In this document: positions 40,606-51,150 of the stretch, piece after piece
Layout of the letters: the number at the start of each line of letters is the position of its first letter
Numbering within the stretch: the first letter of the stretch is position 1
Source of the DNA: an uncultured Nitrososphaerota archaeon
GTDB taxonomy: Archaea; Thermoproteota; Nitrososphaeria; Nitrososphaerales; CADDZS01
Length of the DNA stretch: 64,000 nucleotides
Assembly (NCBI GenBank): GCA_963799845.1
Contig: CAWCYI010000006.1
Location: 160,001-224,000, forward strand
Direction: 5' to 3'
Notes under the pieces: model-generated
What the model saw: only the letters and a program-made list of their open reading frames with translations
Database searches by the model: none
Told to the model about the DNA's origin: nothing
Program-made: the position numbers and the translations under genes

Positions 40606-41031
40606 TTGGTACTTTATGCCAAAGACATCGTAGAATCAGAATTCATAACTCTCCCCGGCGAAACTTCGGCTCTCGCCGCGGCCAGGATCATGAAAGAGAA
40701 GAAGCGCGGTTTCGCGCTAGTGTTCGTCAACGGAAAGCCTAAGGGCATTGTTACGGAATGGGATTACCTTTCAAAAATTATCGCAAACGATAGGAGCCCG
40801 TCGAGCGTTCTATTGAATGATATAATGAGCGAAAACTTGGTGACAGTCAAAGCAAATGACGGAATAGATTCTGTCTCCAAACTCATGGCTGAAAAGGGAA
40901 TTAGGCGAGTCGTGGTTATGGAGAACGAAAAAATACTCGGGGTCATAACTTCAAAGACGATTCTCTTGAGGCTCGAAGAGTATGTCAACAGGGTGTCCGC
41001 TCAAATTGCGCGACTGCAGAGTCCCTTTTGA
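40606..41031 (+). CDS. CBS domain protein
   Basis: GIVTE.D, IM...LVTV and GIRR..V motifs. Confidence 0.9.
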   Translation: MVLYAKDIVESEFITLPGETSALAAARIMKEKKRGFALVFVNGKPKGIVTEWDYLSKIIANDRSPSSVLLNDIMSENLVTVKANDGIDSVSKLMAEKGIRRVVVMENEKILGVITSKTILLRLEEYVNRVSAQIARLQSPF

Positions 41032-41039
41032 TATTTCGC

Positions 41040-42586
41040 TTAGAATCCAACGCTAGCGCCGTCTCCTCTCGGGTCTGCTGCCCCAAAAAGCCCGTTGTTC
41101 TTTCTGTAAATCGCTTGGGCATGACCGAAGAGCGATGACAAGCCGTCCATCTGAACAACTTCCAAGCCGTTGGTTGCCAAACCTTTTGTCGGTTCAAATT
41201 CTGTGTAGATCTTCGAGGGTTTTTCGTAAATTGTCATCGGGACAACCCATCTGGGCTTATCTATTGAATGCTGCAGATCTTCTCCAAAGTCGATTACTTG
41301 TGTCATGAGCTGAGCATGGATTTGGGGCTGAACATCCCCTCCCATGGAACCAATCGCAAAGAGAGTTTCACCATCTTTCTCCGCAAGAGATGCGCATAAA
41401 GTGTGAAACGTTCTTTTTCCCGGTGCGATCGAATTGTGGTGAGAACGATCTAGAGAAAAATAACAGCCTCGATTATGGAGAACTATCCCAGTTCCTTCTG
41501 GGATAAGGCCAGATCCGAATCCCATGTAATTGCTCTGTATGACTGACAAGCAATTCCCTTCGGAGTCTGTAACTGCAAAGTAAGTAGTGTCGCCGTCAGT
41601 CCCAGTTGTTTTCGATGAATAACGATGATACGGTTCATTTGAGTATAGAACATCATCAGCAAATTTTTTCGAAATGAAATCCGGCTGTAGCGGATAAAAC
41701 GATGGGTCGGCAATTGACTTTGCTCTTTCGGCATAGGCCTTGAGGCATGTATCTAGCATAATTTTGATGAGCTTGTCAGAACCCAGTTCCATCTCAGCAA
41801 TATCAAATCTCTCTAACATGTTCAGCCAAAGAAGTACGGTCGCGGCCTGACTGTTGGGAGAGGTTTCGTAGATCTTGATGCCACGATAGTTCGTCGAAAG
41901 AGGACGGTCATTCCAATTTGATTCATGATTTCGAAGATCTTCTGAAGTGATTACTCCTCCCCGTCGGGCCACTCCATTGATAATTTTCTTTGATAACTCA
42001 CCATCGTAAAAGTCATCAACGCCCGACTTCGCAATTGACCTGAGTGATGCTGCTAGATCCTTCTGCTTGAAAACAAATCCGGGATCGGGAATTTTACCCT
42101 CTTGCAAGAAAATTCTTTTCCACTCATTGTAGGCGCCCAGAACTTGTGCTGAGTTTCTTATGGATTGTACGTACTTTTCGGTAATTGGGAAACCTCCTTC
42201 CGCGTAATTTATTGCGGGCTCCAATAATTTGCCAATTTCCATCGTGCCTAATTTCGAAAGCTCCCCCATCCTCGAACAATGCCCGGAACCGTGTTGGCGG
42301 ATAGAGGACCGCTCGTGGGGATTTGGGAGAATCCTTTCTTTTCATAGAAGTCTATTGTGGCCCTTTCTGCGGCTCGGCCGCTCGAATTCAACTCCGTAAC
42401 TTTGCCGTTGACCTTTAGGAGAGCAAACAAATCCCCGCCGAGGCCACACAGGTTGTTTTGAACTACAGAAAGCACGGCACTGGTAACAATTGCGGCATCG
42501 ACCACGTTTCCTCCTTTGAGCAGCACGTTTGCTCCCCAAAACGAAGCAAGTTCATGTGAAGAAGAGACCATCCCCTTCCTTGCCAT
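41040..42586 (-). CDS. ggt: Gamma-glutamyltransferase, frameshifted near 42260
   Basis: GGNVVDAA, GLGGD, DTTYF, QSNY.GFGS, PGKR.FHT and ADPR motifs. Confidence 0.9.
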
Positions 42587-42639
42587 GACAGTCGAGCGCG
42601 AGCTCAGATCAATTCATCTTGTATTAATGGAGTTCAGAC

Positions 42640-43383
42640 TTATCCGTAGAGTCTCTTGTCTTTGTCGGTGACTTGGTCATTCAACTTCCGGTATTGCTCG
42701 GACATCTCGCTCAATCGCTCATTCAACCTTTCAACATTCTGTTCGAGCTCACTGGTTCCGATATTGAGATCGTAAATCTGGTTTATAGATTTGATCAAGA
42801 CAAGAGCGGCGCCTGGATCAGGAATCTCGATTGAAACAGGCGTGAGAAGGGATACTCCGCTGACCCGCCGGGTCAAACACTGGTTTAGGATGCTTCCGCC
42901 GACGCCACTTATCATCGCGGATTGAATTGCGCTTATGCCCTTCTGCTCTAATTGCTTTATTCTTGTTTCGTCAGCAACGCTGTAAGCTTCCCTCTGATCA
43001 GGTATCCCAGACACGCCGACACCATCGAGAATGACTATTTCTCTAGCGTGGACCTGGTCTGTCCAGTCGAGAAGCGCCGAAGATATTTCGTAGAGGCCCT
43101 CAATATCGATTGGCATCTCGCATATCATTACAACGACTTTTCCCGGGTCATCGGTGTAGATCCGGAAAGGATGTCGAAGCTTGGCACCAACAAACACCGC
43201 GACGGGAGGAATATGTTGGGACTGCACATGAGCAATCTCGTGCAGATTCAGCTTCTCAATCATATAACCCGCGGTTACTAGTCCAACCAGACCAGGCCCC
43301 ACAAATCCACCAAAAACGATCGGCTCGTTGAATTGGTTTTTTCTGAACTCCACTACTTTGGTCTCGAAAAGATGATCGGACAA
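42640..43383 (-). CDS. PAC2/proteasome assembly chaperone family protein
   Basis: GF.G.GLVG, PFRIY and PDP.AA motifs; C-terminus ...LYG. Confidence 0.85.
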   Translation of the reverse strand: MSDHLFETKVVEFRKNQFNEPIVFGGFVGPGLVGLVTAGYMIEKLNLHEIAHVQSQHIPPVAVFVGAKLRHPFRIYTDDPGKVVVMICEMPIDIEGLYEISSALLDWTDQVHAREIVILDGVGVSGIPDQREAYSVADETRIKQLEQKGISAIQSAMISGVGGSILNQCLTRRVSGVSLLTPVSIEIPDPGAALVLIKSINQIYDLNIGTSELEQNVERLNERLSEMSEQYRKLNDQVTDKDKRLYG

Positions 43384-43493
43384 CTTCTAAAACTCACTTC
43401 TGGTCGTGAAACTATGCATATGAGTTTTCAGTTGGAATTTTCGGGTGAATTGATTTAGCCTGGGGTCTTTGGGACCTAGAACCGCAAAGAACT

Positions 43494-44501
43494 CTATCTC
43501 TTGCGCTCAAAATACGATAGAACATTATCCCCGCATAATTTGATGAACGCCCTTTCATCCGGTGAAAGGCTCGCAACGTAGACGTGATCGAAACCCAGGT
43601 CGAAAGCACTCTCGATTGGCTTTATGAGATCCTCGGCTGATTGAGCGACCACGAATGCTTTCGCAAGCTGCTCATCACTTATGCCGGACCCCATCTTCTC
43701 TATCACCCTCGGATCGTAAATGGCATCCGTGAATACCTCTGGAAACAGAGTGCCGGCTTGAGTCCTCAGGGGGGCAAGCGCCTTATCATACTCTTTGTGA
43801 TAAGACATGTCTATTTCGATGACCTTTGTAATGTCGTCAAGTGTTTTACCAACCTTTCTTGCGCCTCTTTCGATTGCAGGAAACAGCTCGGCTTTTGCAT
43901 AATCCGCTCCCTTTATCGTAAGAAATCCGTCCCCCAGTTCGCCAGCAACCTCTGCCATTTTCGGCCCGGACGCTCCGATGTAGATGGGAAAACTTGCTTT
44001 CATGTACAGGTTTGCATCGCGTAACGTGAAATGTTTTCCTTTGAAAGTAACAAATTCTTCATTGATCAACTTTCGAATGATCTTTGCAGATTCTGTCACG
44101 CGTTCCCTCCTCTCCGGTACTCCAATCCACTCATAACCAAGTGGAAGTTCATTCAGGGCTTCGCCAGATCCGAGAGTGAGAAAAACACGCTTCCCGTGAA
44201 TTGCCTCCATGCTGGCGAAAGCCTGAGCAATGATCGCGGGATGGTACCTCAAAATTGAGGCCGTGACGCCAGTCCCGACAGGTATGGATTTCGTCCTATC
44301 AAGAAGAGTCGACATCCAGATCCATGCTTGAGTCTCTTTCGCTCCGGTGTGAAACCAGGGATGAAAATGATCTGAAGCCCAGATTGCGGAGAAACCTACT
44401 TTTTCAGCTTCTACTGCATAATCAAGCATCGTAACAGCATCGGCGATGTCTAGATTGCATGAATAACTGACCGTATTGCGCTTTATCATCGACCCGGGCA
44501 A
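43494..44501 (-). CDS. F420-dependent LLM oxidoreductase (FGD-like)
   Basis: SDHFHPW, GTGVT, GSGEALNE and A.GP.MA motifs. Confidence 0.88.
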   Translation of the reverse strand: MPGSMIKRNTVSYSCNLDIADAVTMLDYAVEAEKVGFSAIWASDHFHPWFHTGAKETQAWIWMSTLLDRTKSIPVGTGVTASILRYHPAIIAQAFASMEAIHGKRVFLTLGSGEALNELPLGYEWIGVPERRERVTESAKIIRKLINEEFVTFKGKHFTLRDANLYMKASFPIYIGASGPKMAEVAGELGDGFLTIKGADYAKAELFPAIERGARKVGKTLDDITKVIEIDMSYHKEYDKALAPLRTQAGTLFPEVFTDAIYDPRVIEKMGSGISDEQLAKAFVVAQSAEDLIKPIESAFDLGFDHVYVASLSPDERAFIKLCGDNVLSYFERKR

Positions 44502-44762
44502 ATTTGATCATGCCAGAAAAGAGGAAGCATATATTCTGATTGTCAGAGCTCGAAAGACGCTGTCACTTGAATCACCCCTCGAACTTTCTTGTTTTTTCAG
44601 GATGTACTCCCGATGGCAAGCTCCGCATTCCTGAAACTATTTTACAAGTGACGTTACTGTAATATTACTGGATAACAGAGAACGGACTTGCGTTTATCTC
44701 AAAGTTATATGCACGTTGAAATTTCACCAGTAAACCGAACTGAATTCTCGAGTCGAACAAGA

Positions 44763-45116
44763 TCACGCTTCATGAGCAAGCTTTCTCAATTTCCCGACTC
44801 TCATCCTTACGATCCGGACGAGCCTTGACTTTAGCTCCTCGGGTGTTAGATTCTGGGATGACACAGTTTGAATCTGTTTTGCAAGCGTTGGATCACCCAG
44901 CATGCGAACCCAATTTTCAAAGTCATGCCTTTGCGAATGGAAATAAATGGACTCTGGATCAATGGATTCGATTTCGGAAAGGAATTCTCGAAGGCTCGTT
45001 GCTTTCAGTCCAGAGGGGGAACCTTCTCCCTTGTAAAAGTAAAACGCGCTTTCGCTCGGAACTGTTCTCAAAATATCTGAAACACTCTTGCTTGGGTTCG
45101 AACCTGATTCAGCCAT
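44763..45116 (-). CDS. DUF5752-like protein
   Basis: FYFY, A.SL.EF, SI.FH...DF..W and D..LA motifs. Confidence 0.75.
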   Translation of the reverse strand: MAESGSNPSKSVSDILRTVPSESAFYFYKGEGSPSGLKATSLREFLSEIESIDPESIYFHSQRHDFENWVRMLGDPTLAKQIQTVSSQNLTPEELKSRLVRIVRMRVGKLRKLAHEA

Positions 45117-45242
45117 GGTTCAATACTCAGGCCAACCCACGCTTAAGCTTACCTTTCTCGCAGCGCACTCGGCGTGCTGACGGGAGCTCTTAATAGTGAA
45201 AACGAGATGGGAATAATTCCCGAATAGAGTGTTGAGATCGAC

Positions 45243-48071
45243 TTGGAGAAGGCTTCATTCGAGTTCCTCTCGAAAGATATCAGAGATATTCTGACAGAAC
45301 TGGGATTCTCCAAGGAAACCCCTGTTCAAACAGAAGCAATCCCCGCAATTCTCTCAGGGGAAAACGTGCTGATAATCTCCCCGACCGGATCAGGGAAGAC
45401 AGAAGCCGCACTTCTTCCGGTTTTCGAGAAGATCAGATCTGAAAAGGGAACATTTGGTACAAAGGCACTTTACATTACTCCGCTTCGAGCCCTGAATCGT
45501 GACATGTTGAAACGACTTCAGATGTGGGCTAGACAACTTGAACTGACCGTTGAGGTCCGGCACGGCGACACTTCCCAATCTGACAGAAGAAAGCAGTCAC
45601 TGCACCCCCCGGACATATTGATTACGACACCAGAGACTCTGCAAGTGCTTCTAGTAGGATCACGACTAAGGGCCAATCTAAAGAGTCTCAAATATATAGT
45701 CGTTGACGAAATTCACCAGCTCGCGGGCGACCGTCGGGGTTCCCAACTGTCTTTCGGTCTCGAACGACTGCAGAAGGTCGTCGGACAGGGAGCCCAGCTA
45801 ATCGGCCTCTCTGCGACAGTAGGTAATCCCAAGGAAATGGCAAGATTTCTCTGCGGAAATGAGCGGCCATTTCGCCTTGTTGATACGAGCAGAATTCTAA
45901 AAGCTGCGGAATACTCGGTCGAGATGCCTTCTCCAACCAAAGAGGACGAAATTCAATCCAGAGAGCTGTTCGTCAGTCCACAAACTGTAGCTAGAATCCA
46001 GAGGATCTTGGATTTGATCGAGGGCCACGAAAGGACCTTGATTTTCGTAAACAGCAGGACAGTCGCCGAAGAACTCGGCTCACGACTAGGCATGCTCGGA
46101 ACGAAGGTGGGCGTTCACCACGGCTCGCTCCCCCGCGAAGAAAGGGAAAGAGTGGAGCAGGAATTCAAAGAAGGCATAATTAGGGCAATGGTTTCCACCG
46201 CTACTTTAGAACTTGGCATTGACATCGGTTCTGTCGATCTCGTAATTCAATACATGTCTCCGAGGCAGGTCAACTCTCTGATTCAAAGAGTCGGAAGATC
46301 TGGTCATAGCCTGTCGAGAAAGTCTGAGGGAATAATTCTTTCTGTCAGCCCGGAGGATAGTCTGGAGTCGATTGCGATCTCCAACGAAGCGGTGGCGAGA
46401 AGACTGGAAGCGACTGTTATCCACGAATCGCCACTGGACGTTTTGGCTCATCAAGTGGCAGGACTGTTGATGGAGTATGGGGAAATCACACAAGACGAGA
46501 TTCTGGACATGTCGCATAGGTCGTTCTCTTTCAGATCACTCACAAAAAACTCTTTGCAGGCAGTACTCGCGTTCATGGAAAAACTCGGTTATCTGACGAT
46601 AGATGGCGACAGGGTAATCCGAAGAAGAAAGTGCCGGGAATACTATTTGCAAAATCTCTCCATGATTCGTGATGAACGGCGTTACTCTGTCGTGGATATG
46701 ACCACTCAGAAAAGGGTCGGTATTCTAGGAGAGGAGTTCATGATGATCCACGCAAAGGTAGGCATCCACTTCATAATCAAGGGCAAGGTTTGGCAGATCG
46801 AATCTATCCAGGAAGATATGGTCTACGTTACTCCGATAGTTGACCCGAGTGCGGCAGTTCCCGGGTGGGATGGCGAGATGATTCCGATACCAGAATCTGT
46901 CGCGAGAAACGTAGCAATCGAGAGGGGCAGAATTGAGGTACTACTCGATCATCCGCTCGAAGATTCTAACCTGACGCGCGCTCTGAACTGGAATGCTGAA
47001 AAATCAGCGAGACTCGAAGTCGTGGATGAAATCAGAACACAGATTTCGAATTATAGAGTTCCAACCGAAAAGAGAATCGTGGTAGAGCGCTTCAAGAATT
47101 TCCTCATTATTCATACCTCCGCTGGAGATAGAGTAAATTCAACCCTAGGCGAACTTTTTGAAGAGATATTGATTCGAATGGGAGGACTGGTCAGACACTG
47201 GTGGACCGATGGATATCGAATTTTGATCGAGCTGACAACCGATGAATACGAAACGGAAAAGTTAGCAGAGAAGATTTTTCACTACGACAGCACGCTTCCC
47301 AGTTTTATCGAAGGGGTTCTCCGCAAGCACTTCCCATTCGGCTACGAGATGAAATTCATAGCGGAAAGATTTGGGGCGCTAAAGAGAGGGCGTCTAATGT
47401 CCGGTGACGAAATGAAGGAGCTGGGAGTAAAATTCAGATTCACGCCTATCTACGAAGAAACGATGAGGGAAGCCTTCGAAACGAAGGTTGACATTCCGAG
47501 AACGGTCGAAATTCTCAAAGATTGCGAAGAAGGGAAGATCAAGCTAGTCACGGTTGTTTCCGAAAAACCTAGTCCACTTGCAATGTATATACTTTCACGA
47601 TACGCGGAAGACGAAGACTATGCCGATTCCGCCGTTAACTCCGTCGAGTCAATGAAAGCCCACATCGAAAAAGAGGTTGCCAGCTTTCTATGCTTCGATT
47701 GCGGGAATCTGAAAGAATTCGTCCGAGTGGGAGATCTCGAAGAATTCCCAAAGTGCGAAAAGTGCAGCTCAAGGCTCATGGCTGTCCTGTTTTACGGGGC
47801 TAGATTTACTACGAGCGCTCTGCTGAAGAAAAAATCGAAGAAGCAAGCTCTTACGAAGGATGAAAACGATGTTCTCTCGAAGACAAGGAGGTCCGCAGAT
47901 CTCGTTCTAGCATATGGAAAAAAGGCGGTTATCGCCTTGAGCGTTTACGGGGTGGGTCCTCAGATGGCAGCAAGAGTACTTTCGCGAATGCACGATTCGG
48001 AGCAGGAGTTTTACGACGACTTGCTAGAAGCAAAGCTCAAATTTATTGAAACCAAAAAATACTGGGACTAG
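45243..48071 (+). CDS. lhr: Lhr-like SF2 helicase
   Basis: PTGSGKT, DEIH, LSAT, LELGIDIG, QRVGRSGH and P.W.GE motifs; C-terminal CxxC...CxxC. Confidence 0.92.
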   Translation: MEKASFEFLSKDIRDILTELGFSKETPVQTEAIPAILSGENVLIISPTGSGKTEAALLPVFEKIRSEKGTFGTKALYITPLRALNRDMLKRLQMWARQLELTVEVRHGDTSQSDRRKQSLHPPDILITTPETLQVLLVGSRLRANLKSLKYIVVDEIHQLAGDRRGSQLSFGLERLQKVVGQGAQLIGLSATVGNPKEMARFLCGNERPFRLVDTSRILKAAEYSVEMPSPTKEDEIQSRELFVSPQTVARIQRILDLIEGHERTLIFVNSRTVAEELGSRLGMLGTKVGVHHGSLPREERERVEQEFKEGIIRAMVSTATLELGIDIGSVDLVIQYMSPRQVNSLIQRVGRSGHSLSRKSEGIILSVSPEDSLESIAISNEAVARRLEATVIHESPLDVLAHQVAGLLMEYGEITQDEILDMSHRSFSFRSLTKNSLQAVLAFMEKLGYLTIDGDRVIRRRKCREYYLQNLSMIRDERRYSVVDMTTQKRVGILGEEFMMIHAKVGIHFIIKGKVWQIESIQEDMVYVTPIVDPSAAVPGWDGEMIPIPESVARNVAIERGRIEVLLDHPLEDSNLTRALNWNAEKSARLEVVDEIRTQISNYRVPTEKRIVVERFKNFLIIHTSAGDRVNSTLGELFEEILIRMGGLVRHWWTDGYRILIELTTDEYETEKLAEKIFHYDSTLPSFIEGVLRKHFPFGYEMKFIAERFGALKRGRLMSGDEMKELGVKFRFTPIYEETMREAFETKVDIPRTVEILKDCEEGKIKLVTVVSEKPSPLAMYILSRYAEDEDYADSAVNSVESMKAHIEKEVASFLCFDCGNLKEFVRVGDLEEFPKCEKCSSRLMAVLFYGARFTTSALLKKKSKKQALTKDENDVLSKTRRSADLVLAYGKKAVIALSVYGVGPQMAARVLSRMHDSEQEFYDDLLEAKLKFIETKKYWD

Positions 48072-48079
48072 TCAATAAG

Positions 48080-48256
48080 TTGTCTGAGCAGTTTGAAACC
48101 AGGTTCTGTGATCGATGCATGACGAGAACCAAGAATTACATAGTGAATTATGAAAATGTGAGGAACCCACGGGGTTACGCGAACTTCAAATGCGGCAAAT
48201 GTGGAAGGGAAAGAAGGATGCGCCTTCTACGTCCCAGCGCCGAATCATCGTACTGA
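48080..48256 (+). CDS. 58-aa zinc-ribbon protein, not in the ORF track
   Basis: TTG start; MSEQFETRFCDRC...FKCGKCGRERR...; begins 8 nt after the lhr stop. Confidence 0.65.
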   Translation: MSEQFETRFCDRCMTRTKNYIVNYENVRNPRGYANFKCGKCGRERRMRLLRPSAESSY

Positions 48257-49114
48257 TTTTATGGTCTTTACTGTCGCGCCTAATTTTTTCGCAGCAGTAA
48301 TCATCTCGGAAGCCGCTTTTTCCAGCTGGCCCACCGATTTTTCTTTGTCCTGCGCTTTGGACGTGAGGATCAATTGAACGTGAATGATTGACTTGCCATT
48401 CTCAAAGCCCATCGGGTGCGACTTGACATAGAGGAGCGGCGAGTATTTTTTCGAAATTCGAGCAACCGGTGTCGAAATTCTTGATTCAGAAGTGCCGACG
48501 AGTTCGAGCCATTCCTCAGCATTGATGAATTTTGAGGAGGTTTCCTGTATTCTGGGAACTAGCTCTTCTGTAAAAATTGCCTTCATTTCACTTGGAACTC
48601 CGGGCAACGATGCTATAGTCGTATTCCCAACTTTGAGCAAAACTCCTGCCGCACTCCCGACCGAATTGTAAAGAGCGGTCGCCCCACGAGGGATCATCGC
48701 CATCTTCAGACTTGCCTTCGGCAAGCGGCGGATCGGATGATTGAACATTTTCCTTCTTCGCTCATAACTGTCCTTCAACATCTGAACCGCCGAATCGTCA
48801 AGATAGAGCTCCTTTCCGACAGATTTCGCGAGACCCTCGATTGTCATGTCGTCGTAAGTGGGTCCGAGGCCGCCTATAGAAAATATCCACTCCGGCTTTC
48901 TCCTAAGACATTCCTTGAAGGTTAATATTATGACACCCAATTCATCTCTAATAGTGGTTTTTCTTGTTACCCTTACGCCGAGCTTCGTAAGCTCCTCCGA
49001 CATCCAATGTGAGTTAGTATCGAGAGTAGTTCCATTTAGGAGCTCGTTTCCAACGACGAGGATTTCTGTTTTAACCTGTTTTGACTCTTGTTCTTTCTGG
49101 GAATCTATGCTCAA
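48245..49114 (-). CDS. CinA N-terminal-like (MoCF-biosynthesis domain) protein
   Basis: VGNELL.G...DTN, GGLGPT.DD.T and LPGVP.EM motifs; probable TTG start at 49114. Confidence 0.85.
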   Translation of the reverse strand: MSIDSQKEQESKQVKTEILVVGNELLNGTTLDTNSHWMSEELTKLGVRVTRKTTIRDELGVIILTFKECLRRKPEWIFSIGGLGPTYDDMTIEGLAKSVGKELYLDDSAVQMLKDSYERRRKMFNHPIRRLPKASLKMAMIPRGATALYNSVGSAAGVLLKVGNTTIASLPGVPSEMKAIFTEELVPRIQETSSKFINAEEWLELVGTSESRISTPVARISKKYSPLLYVKSHPMGFENGKSIIHVQLILTSKAQDKEKSVGQLEKAASEMITAAKKLGATVKTIKSVR

Positions 49115-49160
49115 ACGGAAACGTTCATCTCTGATGCGACGACAATTAAGTTGATTTCTA

Positions 49161-49917
49161 TTGCGGGCAATATTTCTTACAGGAACGGCAGGAGCAGGCA
49201 AGTCAACTCTTTGTTCGGTCTTGGCACCTTGGTATACGGACAAGGGTTCGACGGTTGCGACGGTAAATTTGGATCCGGGAGTTCAGGAACTACCATACGA
49301 GCCTGACATTGACATCAGAGAAATGATCGATATTTCGACCGTGATGCAGAACTACCAGCTGGGGCCAAACGGAGCCCTGATTATGGCGGCGGACCTTGTT
49401 GCGACGCGAATAAATGACATCCAAGATTCCCTAGAATCCATAAACCCCGATTACGCGATCTTCGATACCCCGGGCCAAATCGAACTGTTTGCCTATCGTA
49501 ACAGTGGACCCTACATCGTGGACAACGTTACTGCCGAGGCCACGACGATGCTCTTCCTTTTCGATTCTACTCTCGTCTCAACTCCGAGCAACTTCCTGAG
49601 TATAGCCCTGCTCTCTGCCTCGATTAGACTCAGGTTGAAGGTCCCGCACATCTCTGTTCTGTCTAGAAAAGACATGCTCGGGCCGAATCTCAAGAAAGTC
49701 CTTTCCTGGTCTTCCAACGCCTACAAATTGGAAGAAGCGCTTAGGCAGGAATCAATGCACAGCTGACGAGCTGGACTCCATACTGCTCAGGGATATTTCG
49801 CGAGCAGGGATGTCGAGCGAACTTTACCCTGTTTCTGCGACAACGCGTGATGGTCTTCTCGATCTTAGCGCAGTGATAACCCGACAACTGAATCAAGGCG
49901 AGGAGAATGAAGAATAA
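49161..49917 (+). CDS. GPN-loop GTPase, frameshifted near 49755
   Basis: GTAGAGKS, NLDP, LGPNG and DTPGQIE motifs; shifted frame ends at 49917. Confidence 0.9.
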
Positions 49918-49939
49918 ATTGTGTAGAATCAATCATGCT

Positions 49940-50046
49940 TCTGCCGTTAACTTAGCATCATCACCTTTTTGATTTCCGTTATGAATGATTTCTTGTATCC
50001 GGGCTGATTGTGCAGCCAGAAAAGGTTTATCCAATTGAAGACGTGT
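49940..50046 (-). mobile_element. Right end of the IS6-like element, displaced by inversion
   Basis: Minus strand encodes HVFNWINLFWLHNQPGYKK..MMLS*, continuing ORF 17718, then the IR and agcatgatt. Confidence 0.85.
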
Positions 50047-51082
50047 TCTCTTATCAAACAATTATTTCGCTCCATAGTCAACAAGGTTAGGCTGGGGGAC
50101 TATTGGAGGAGCATCTGGAAGAAGCATGGCTATGGGTCAAGAAAGCTTTCAGAGGAAAAGGTGGTGTGGGTGGTCAAGGCTAGAGAGAGCGGCCTTGCAG
50201 CCAGGGATATCGCATCAACCCAGAACATCACCGTGAGAAGAGTGGAGCAGCTTTATGCCCAATACAGGGAATCCGGAGAGATACCATCTCTCAAGAAGGC
50301 AGGCAGAAAAAGAATCGAGATCCCAATTGAGGAGAGGAATGCGATCATCGAAGCTTCAAGGAAGTTTGGCGTCGGAGCCTGCTACCTCGTTTCAATCCTC
50401 AAGAGAGATTACGGCATCGATGAAACAAACCACATGCGAGTCTATAGCGTATTGAAGGAGGAAGGATTGTTGTACAATACAGCAAGGACGCGCTTCAAGC
50501 GCAAGTGGATCAGATATGAAAGGGAGCATTCCAATTCGTTGTGGCACGTCGATTGGCACGAGATGAAATCGTCAGTATACAGGGGCAAGTGGCTGGTAAT
50601 CTACGAGGATGACGCATCGAGGTACATCATGGGTTATGGCGTGTTTGACTCTCCGTCGTCTGAAAATGCAGTGAGCGTCCTGAAGGAAGCGATCAGGGAA
50701 CATGGCAGACCAGCATCAATCCTCTCAGACAGAGGTACATCCTTCTATGCGGTCGAAGCTGAAACAAAAACGAAAGGTCTCACTGAATTCGAGCTCTATC
50801 TGATGAGGAATCACATCAAACATATTCTTTCAAGAGTGAGACATCCCCAAACCAATGGAAAATTGGAGAAGCTCTTTGATACGGTTGAAAGAGGACTCGC
50901 GAAGGGATTCTCTCCGATTGAGGAGTGCGTACGCTGGTACAACTGCATCAAGCCCCACGGAGCCCTTGATCTGGAGAGAGCTGAAACTCCACTGGAAGCC
51001 TACTACAGGAAGATGGAAATAAAAGAGGAACTCATAGATCCTTCAATCATGTGGGAGAGCGAAATGATTCTTTGATAGAACA
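50047..51082 (+). mobile_element. IS481-like element type B, copy 2 (1036 bp)
   Basis: Inverted copy of 18299-19334 with the same protein sequence. Confidence 0.92.
50161..51075 (+). CDS. IS481-like DDE transposase
   Basis: Same protein as 18306-19220. Confidence 0.9.
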   Translation: MVWVVKARESGLAARDIASTQNITVRRVEQLYAQYRESGEIPSLKKAGRKRIEIPIEERNAIIEASRKFGVGACYLVSILKRDYGIDETNHMRVYSVLKEEGLLYNTARTRFKRKWIRYEREHSNSLWHVDWHEMKSSVYRGKWLVIYEDDASRYIMGYGVFDSPSSENAVSVLKEAIREHGRPASILSDRGTSFYAVEAETKTKGLTEFELYLMRNHIKHILSRVRHPQTNGKLEKLFDTVERGLAKGFSPIEECVRWYNCIKPHGALDLERAETPLEAYYRKMEIKEELIDPSIMWESEMIL

Positions 51083-51150
51083 TTCTCAAGGTCAACCCTC
51101 AAAGTATATATTTGGGTTTAGTCCCTAACATCTAGCTTGGTCTAACCCGT

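Noticed and set aside
49115-49243. N-terminal extension of the cinA-like ORF
   Set aside because: It overlaps the GPN GTPase start on the opposite strand, and homology begins later
50008-50160. N-terminal extension of the 355-aa transposase ORF
   Set aside because: The start lies outside the element, in the inverted IS6 remnant, and is a chance in-frame read-through
18299-51082. Composite transposon bounded by the two IS481-B copies
   Set aside because: The outer flanks are not a direct repeat; they pair crosswise, and the interior holds core genes, which fits an inversion
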